Virus record (IMG/VR): IMGVR_UViG_3300047276_000181
Span: 3,256-67,255 of that record
Reading direction: 5' to 3' (one strand)
Origin: a virus
Length of the DNA stretch: 64,000 bases
Shown here: positions 59,725 to 64,000 of the stretch, one piece after another
Layout: each line of letters begins with the position of its first letter
Numbering within the stretch: position 1 is the first letter of the stretch
Made by a program: the position numbers and the translations under genes
The notes under the pieces: model-generated
What the model was told of the DNA's origin: nothing
Databases searched by the model: none
Seen by the model: the letters and a program-made list of their open reading frames with translations, nothing else

Positions 59725-59972
59725 AACAGACAGCAGTAAGGTGGCTTGAGAATGTGCTAATCTGGGACCCTATTTCAGAAGAAGAATTTGAGCATAATAT
59801 GAATTGCTGGGAGCAAGCCAAAGAAATGGAGAAGGAGCAGATGTTAAAAACATTTGCTGAATCAAGAGTCATTTCCGTTGAATGTGCAGTTTGGAATTGC
59901 GAAGGTGACAGAAGAAAATGGGAATCATTTGAACAATACTACAACGAAACCTTTAACACCAACGAGCAATGA
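59721..59972 (+). CDS. MKQTAV.WL...AKEMEKEQ family protein (cassette)
   Basis: Ends QYYNETFNTNEQ. Confidence 0.7.
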   Translation: MKQTAVRWLENVLIWDPISEEEFEHNMNCWEQAKEMEKEQMLKTFAESRVISVECAVWNCEGDRRKWESFEQYYNETFNTNEQ

Positions 59973-60172
59973 CACCAAAAGAAAAAGCACAAGAGTTGGT
60001 AAGCGAAATGCTATCTGTCAAAATGCTATTTATGCGATATGAACACGCTAAGCAATTCGCATTGATTGCAACGGATGAGATGTTGAGTCTTGGCGCAATG
60101 GTTGGTAGTGATTTGTCAGACTCATTTTACATCTATTGGGAAGAAGTAAAACAAGAGATTAAAAACCTTTAA
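59969..60172 (+). CDS. MTPKEKA.EL...YW.EVKQEI family protein (cassette)
   Basis: Starts inside one junction repeat and stops inside the next. Confidence 0.7.
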   Translation: MTPKEKAQELVSEMLSVKMLFMRYEHAKQFALIATDEMLSLGAMVGSDLSDSFYIYWEEVKQEIKNL

Positions 60173-60184
60173 CACCAACGAGAA

Positions 60185-60325
60185 ATGAAAAGGATACTTG
60201 AAATTATAGAAATAGGAATGTCTCAAAGTTTAATACATCGGGAGGATGAACCAACTGATGAACTCATTGACACATTTGAATTGATGCTTGAATTAAACGA
60301 AATGCTTAAAACCAACGAGAAATGA
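60185..60325 (+). CDS. 46-aa acidic protein (cassette)
   Basis: Read from the sequence; MKRILEI...LKTNEK. Confidence 0.6.
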   Translation: MKRILEIIEIGMSQSLIHREDEPTDELIDTFELMLELNEMLKTNEK

Positions 60326-60555
60326 ACGAGGTTGACATCTTCATTAATCGTATGAAGCGTATTGGTATTGAGCTTGAGCTGATGGGTAACGTCCCTTGGA
60401 TATACCTACGTAGCGTCAATGGTAACAAAATAGACCGCATAGACTGGTCTTCCGACTGGGGATATGTCATCGCTTGGCTACCAGTATATGACAAGAAGCC
60501 AATCCTTGACGAAGACATCAAGAGAACATTTGAAGTAATCCGTAAGTACAAATGA
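60322..60555 (+). CDS. hypothetical protein
   Basis: IGI..EL.GN.PWIYL..VNG pattern. Confidence 0.65.
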   Translation: MNEVDIFINRMKRIGIELELMGNVPWIYLRSVNGNKIDRIDWSSDWGYVIAWLPVYDKKPILDEDIKRTFEVIRKYK

Positions 60556-60752
60556 GAACAGAAGAAGAACAATGGGACGTTGCAAAGAAGTTGGTATACG
60601 ATAAGATTCGTCGTGCGTTTCACTCTAACAGCTATTTCCTAAACAAACAGCAGTGCGAGAAGGTCGCTGACTTTATCGTAGAGTTGTCAAAAAATGAACC
60701 TCAACTCGGAGAATATCCGAATAACCAAACAAAATCTGACAATGGAAATTAA
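60552..60752 (+). CDS. hypothetical protein
   Basis: ATGA overlap. Confidence 0.55.
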   Translation: MRTEEEQWDVAKKLVYDKIRRAFHSNSYFLNKQQCEKVADFIVELSKNEPQLGEYPNNQTKSDNGN

Positions 60753-61071
60753 AACAGGAAAGTACTACTCACAGTGGGGACTTGGTGTGTCATTCATCAA
60801 CTACACCAGAGGTATGTGGTCAATCGTGGTAGACCTCGGTCCGTACTACATTGACTTCTACAATATGAACGGCAACGAAGGAGACAACCTCGAGGCATTC
60901 AACGAGTTCTACAAGAACATCGACGACGACTTTGGTCCAGCTCCTGACTGCTCTAAGTGCGGCAAGGAGAGCAAGTCTTGGGATGATCTTATGTTCAACA
61001 TAGAGTCCGGAGAGAACTGGGAATTGTGGTGCCACGAATGTTTAGCCAACAAAAAACAAACTGATTTATGA
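60742..61071 (+). CDS. hypothetical protein with CxxC...CxxC
   Basis: CSKC and CHEC. Confidence 0.55.
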   Translation: MEIKTGKYYSQWGLGVSFINYTRGMWSIVVDLGPYYIDFYNMNGNEGDNLEAFNEFYKNIDDDFGPAPDCSKCGKESKSWDDLMFNIESGENWELWCHECLANKKQTDL

Positions 61072-61194
61072 AAAATCCACGACTGATTGCTGAACAATAC
61101 AAAAAGGCGCAGTACTTTCGCAACGTCTGCAAGTACAACCGTAACGAACCTGAAGAGAAGTACTGGTCTGGCTACCTTGCGGCATTAAGTTTAA

Positions 61195-61488
61195 TTGACA
61201 GTGTCAACCACAGAGCTTAAGCTGGTTAAGCTGTTGATTGTTATGCAGGTTCACCTTGAAATGCTTGATGAGCTACAGACGACGCCAATTTATCGTCACA
61301 ACATCAAACGATCAGTCAACAATCTTGTAAAGGATCTTGAGTTACAGCTAAATGGCATCTACAAAACTATGAAGACAGACAACGACGTAGAGGAAGCATA
61401 CAACGCAGTTAAGAACGGCGTTGATATGCTCCTGTCTGCTGACACAGAAACATTGTACAACATCGGATATCGTCCAACTAATAACTAA
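61195..61488 (+). CDS. hypothetical helical protein
   Basis: ORF in operon context; start uncertain. Confidence 0.55.
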   Translation: MTVSTTELKLVKLLIVMQVHLEMLDELQTTPIYRHNIKRSVNNLVKDLELQLNGIYKTMKTDNDVEEAYNAVKNGVDMLLSADTETLYNIGYRPTNN

Positions 61489-61494
61489 AAACAA

Positions 61495-61794
61495 ATGACA
61501 ACAGGAGAACTGTTCCTCGCAGTAGAGGACTGGGCACGCGAGCGTAACCTGCTCGAGCCAGAGTACCGCAACCGCCAAGCGCTTAAGGTAATGGAAGAAG
61601 TCGGAGAGACTATGGCGGCACTTGCCCGCGGAAAGAAATCCGAGCTTGCCGATGGTATCGGTGACTCTATCGTAACATTGATCATCTTGGCATCGCAGTC
61701 AGGACTCAGTGCACACGACTGTTTGCAGTTGGCATACAACGAGATCAAGGATCGTAAGGGTCGTATGGTTGACGGAGTATTCGTAAAGGAATGA
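61495..61794 (+). CDS. MazG-like nucleotide pyrophosphohydrolase
   Basis: WA.ERNL...KVMEEVGE...DGIGD..VTL...AYNEIKDRKG.MVDG.FVKE. Confidence 0.88.
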   Translation: MTTGELFLAVEDWARERNLLEPEYRNRQALKVMEEVGETMAALARGKKSELADGIGDSIVTLIILASQSGLSAHDCLQLAYNEIKDRKGRMVDGVFVKE

Positions 61795-62234
61795 CATCAG
61801 CAGATAAAATCAGAGAGATTGCAAACGGAGTTCGTGATCTCTTGCTTGAAAAGAATGCAGCATACGGAGACTCAGCGCTCAAGCCCGCCAATATCTTTGC
61901 CAAAGGTTCTGCTGTTGAGAATCTAGCCTGCCGTATCGACGATAAGCTGATGCGCATCAAGAACCGCGGCATTACTGGAGACACAGAAGACACCATCCAA
62001 GACCTCATTGGATACCTTATCCTACTTAAAATTGCAATTGAAAATGAGCGTAACCAACCAACAAGTAACAATCTTTCCGAGCGTAACACAAACGGACACT
62101 CCCAGTTATATAACAGTGAAGTCCGCTTTGTCAAGAATCTCGACTGGTGGGAAACACCTACCGCTGGTACAGCAAGTAAGATCAGGCCAGAAAGAAGCGA
62201 AGAAAAAGCTTCCGGTGATCCTATGGGCGGGTAA
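61791..62234 (+). CDS. DUF1599 / nucleotide-modification-associated domain protein, copy 2
   Basis: Core nearly identical to 1200-1601 (YGDSALKPAN.FAKGSAVENL..RIDDKLMRIKNRGI). Confidence 0.75.
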   Translation: MTSADKIREIANGVRDLLLEKNAAYGDSALKPANIFAKGSAVENLACRIDDKLMRIKNRGITGDTEDTIQDLIGYLILLKIAIENERNQPTSNNLSERNTNGHSQLYNSEVRFVKNLDWWETPTAGTASKIRPERSEEKASGDPMGG

Positions 62235-63867
62235 GTTTGAGACGCGTCGTGACGACGCAATAACTGACCACTCTGGTCTAATTGTACTCGACTTCGACCA
62301 CATTGATGTTGAGGGCAGCAAGAACGTACTATCAACAGACCCATACGTCTTTGCCTGCTGGATATCTCCATCAGGAGAAGGACTCAAAGCATTGGTCCGT
62401 GTGTCCAATCCTAGCCTCCATAGAGACCATTTCCGGGCACTTCAGTCGTACTTCGATACCGAGTATGGTCTCGAGGTAGATCCTTCTGGAATCAACGAAT
62501 CTCGAGCTTGCTTTGACAGCTACGACCCAGAGCTTGTACTTAACGAAGACTCTAAAGTTTTTGGGCAGATGCTTTCTGAAAAAGCAATCGCCCAAAAAGC
62601 TGAGCAGAAAGGACAATACACTGACTACAACAAGCTCGCCATCGTATCATCTATGGTGCGACGCGCAGAAGACGGAGAGAAGCACGCAACACTTCTGAAG
62701 GCAGCTATCCTTTGTGGTGGATATATTGCTGTTGGACGTATGGAGGAAGAAGAAGCCTTCCACGTTCTCGAGCGAGAGATCCTCAAGCGAGATGTCGACT
62801 CAATCGTTACTGCTCGGAATACTATACGTGACGGAATCGAGAAGGGCAAGACAATGCCCATCCGCGAAGTATTAGAAAACGAGAACTCCGTCAAGCTTGA
62901 GATGATGATCAACGACGGCGATATGTCGTTCATCTCTTCTGACGACGAGGACTATCGTTGGATTCAGGACTACATCGACGGCAAGCTTATCCTTGGCCTG
63001 TCTACCGGATGTGAAGCTTTGGATAAACACTTCTTGTTCAAGCGAGACTTCACCATCATCAACGGTATTTCAAACATCGGTAAGTCTACGTTTGCCCTGT
63101 ATATGATTACTGCGTCAGCAATACGTCATAACTGGCGGTGGATTATTTACTCCGCTGAGAACCGCACGGCGGCTGTTAAGATGAAGCTCATCCAGTTTGC
63201 TACTGATATGCAGGTGAAGGATATGAACTCCAGCCAACTTAAGCAGGCATACCAGTGGGTCAACGAGCACTTCACCATCATTAGCAACAAGAACATCTAC
63301 TCATACACAGACCTAATGGTCTTTGCTGAGAAGCTTGTGCGCCAAGGAAACTACGATGGATACTTTATTGACCCGTACAATAGCTTGAAGATTCAGATGT
63401 CCACAGGTACTGCATTGTCTACGCACGACTACCACTACGAGGCAGCATCTGAATTCCTAACGTTCACACAGTCACACAATATGGCTTTGTGGCTATCGAC
63501 ACACGCCATCACAGAGGCTCAACGTCGAAAAGGAGAGGATGGTTTACCTCAGGCTCCGTATGCTGAAGACACTGAAGGTGGTGGAAAGTTTGTTAATAAG
63601 AGTGATAACTTCTTGACATTCCACAGAAAAATTCAGGCGCCAGATCATAGCATCCGGAGAACTGTTGAGTTGCACGTTCGCAAAGTTCGAGAGGTAGAAT
63701 CTGGAGGAGAGCCAACGAGTTTAGACTATCCTGTGCTGTTCGAAATGAACCACACTAACACAGGTTTTGTAAACAAGTTTACCAGCAAACCATTATTCAA
63801 TTCAATACTAAAACCAATTGTTAAAAAGTTAGACTTTGAATCTGGCAATTATTCAGATGCCTTCTAG
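62044..63867 (+). CDS. primase-helicase, copy 2
   Basis: Collinear with 1453-3312: SGLIVLDFDH, SPSGEGLK, GISNIGKS, FIDPYN, EGGGKFVN. Confidence 0.88.
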   Translation: MSVTNQQVTIFPSVTQTDTPSYITVKSALSRISTGGKHLPLVQQVRSGQKEAKKKLPVILWAGKFETRRDDAITDHSGLIVLDFDHIDVEGSKNVLSTDPYVFACWISPSGEGLKALVRVSNPSLHRDHFRALQSYFDTEYGLEVDPSGINESRACFDSYDPELVLNEDSKVFGQMLSEKAIAQKAEQKGQYTDYNKLAIVSSMVRRAEDGEKHATLLKAAILCGGYIAVGRMEEEEAFHVLEREILKRDVDSIVTARNTIRDGIEKGKTMPIREVLENENSVKLEMMINDGDMSFISSDDEDYRWIQDYIDGKLILGLSTGCEALDKHFLFKRDFTIINGISNIGKSTFALYMITASAIRHNWRWIIYSAENRTAAVKMKLIQFATDMQVKDMNSSQLKQAYQWVNEHFTIISNKNIYSYTDLMVFAEKLVRQGNYDGYFIDPYNSLKIQMSTGTALSTHDYHYEAASEFLTFTQSHNMALWLSTHAITEAQRRKGEDGLPQAPYAEDTEGGGKFVNKSDNFLTFHRKIQAPDHSIRRTVELHVRKVREVESGGEPTSLDYPVLFEMNHTNTGFVNKFTSKPLFNSILKPIVKKLDFESGNYSDAF

Positions 63868-63879
63868 TATATTTGGATA

Positions 63880-64000
63880 ATGACAATTGATTATAATGAA
63901 ATTGAAATATCAATACCGAAACCTCCGTCACTTAATCAGCTCTACGCTGGTAAGTTTTGGACGTACCGCCACGGCCAAAAAGAAAAGTATTTTTCTGGCA
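63880..64000 (+). CDS. RusA-like resolvase, N-terminal fragment truncated by the window end
   Basis: MTIDYNEIEISIPKPPSLNQLY; TATATTTG box at 63868-63875. Confidence 0.55.
   Translation, partial: MTIDYNEIEISIPKPPSLNQLYAGKFWTYRHGQKEKYFSG

Larger units (their letters stand above)
58838..60325 (+). repeat. eight copies of the gene-junction repeat (AAACCTTTAAC)ACCAACGAGAAATGA
   Basis: ATG of each copy at 58851, 59045, 59270, 59476, 59721, 59969, 60185 and 60322. Confidence 0.9.

Noticed and set aside
58838-60325. CRISPR array or classical integron attC sites
   Set aside because: The intervening segments are variable-length ORFs, the repeat is not palindromic, and no integrase or cas gene is seen

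Overview
The window is most of a lytic tailed phage genome with crAss-like/Bacteroidota-podovirus-type virion genes and Bacteroidota-style TAnnTTTG promoters, translated with the standard genetic code. It has four blocks. (1) A + strand replication and nucleotide-metabolism block at 1-8.3 kb: primase-helicase, nucleases, nrdB/nrdA and two tRNAs. (2) A - strand virion, packaging and lysis block at 8.4-50.5 kb: a 2671-aa polyvalent protein, tail, capsid, fibres, portal, terminase and endolysin. (3) A ~1.9 kb non-coding switch region with an array of 25-bp palindromes and a ~670-nt highly structured RNA ending in a tRNA-like minihelix. (4) A + strand early/accessory block at 52.4-64 kb: amidoligase, glutamine amidotransferase, a hammerhead ribozyme, an array of small genes joined by a conserved junction repeat, MazG and a second primase-helicase cassette. 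The most striking observations are the junction-repeat gene-cassette array, the large GOLLD/ROOL-like RNA, the hammerhead ribozyme, and the abrupt loss of GATC avoidance that coincides with the duplicated primase cassette. All family assignments come from motif recognition by eye; no searches were run.
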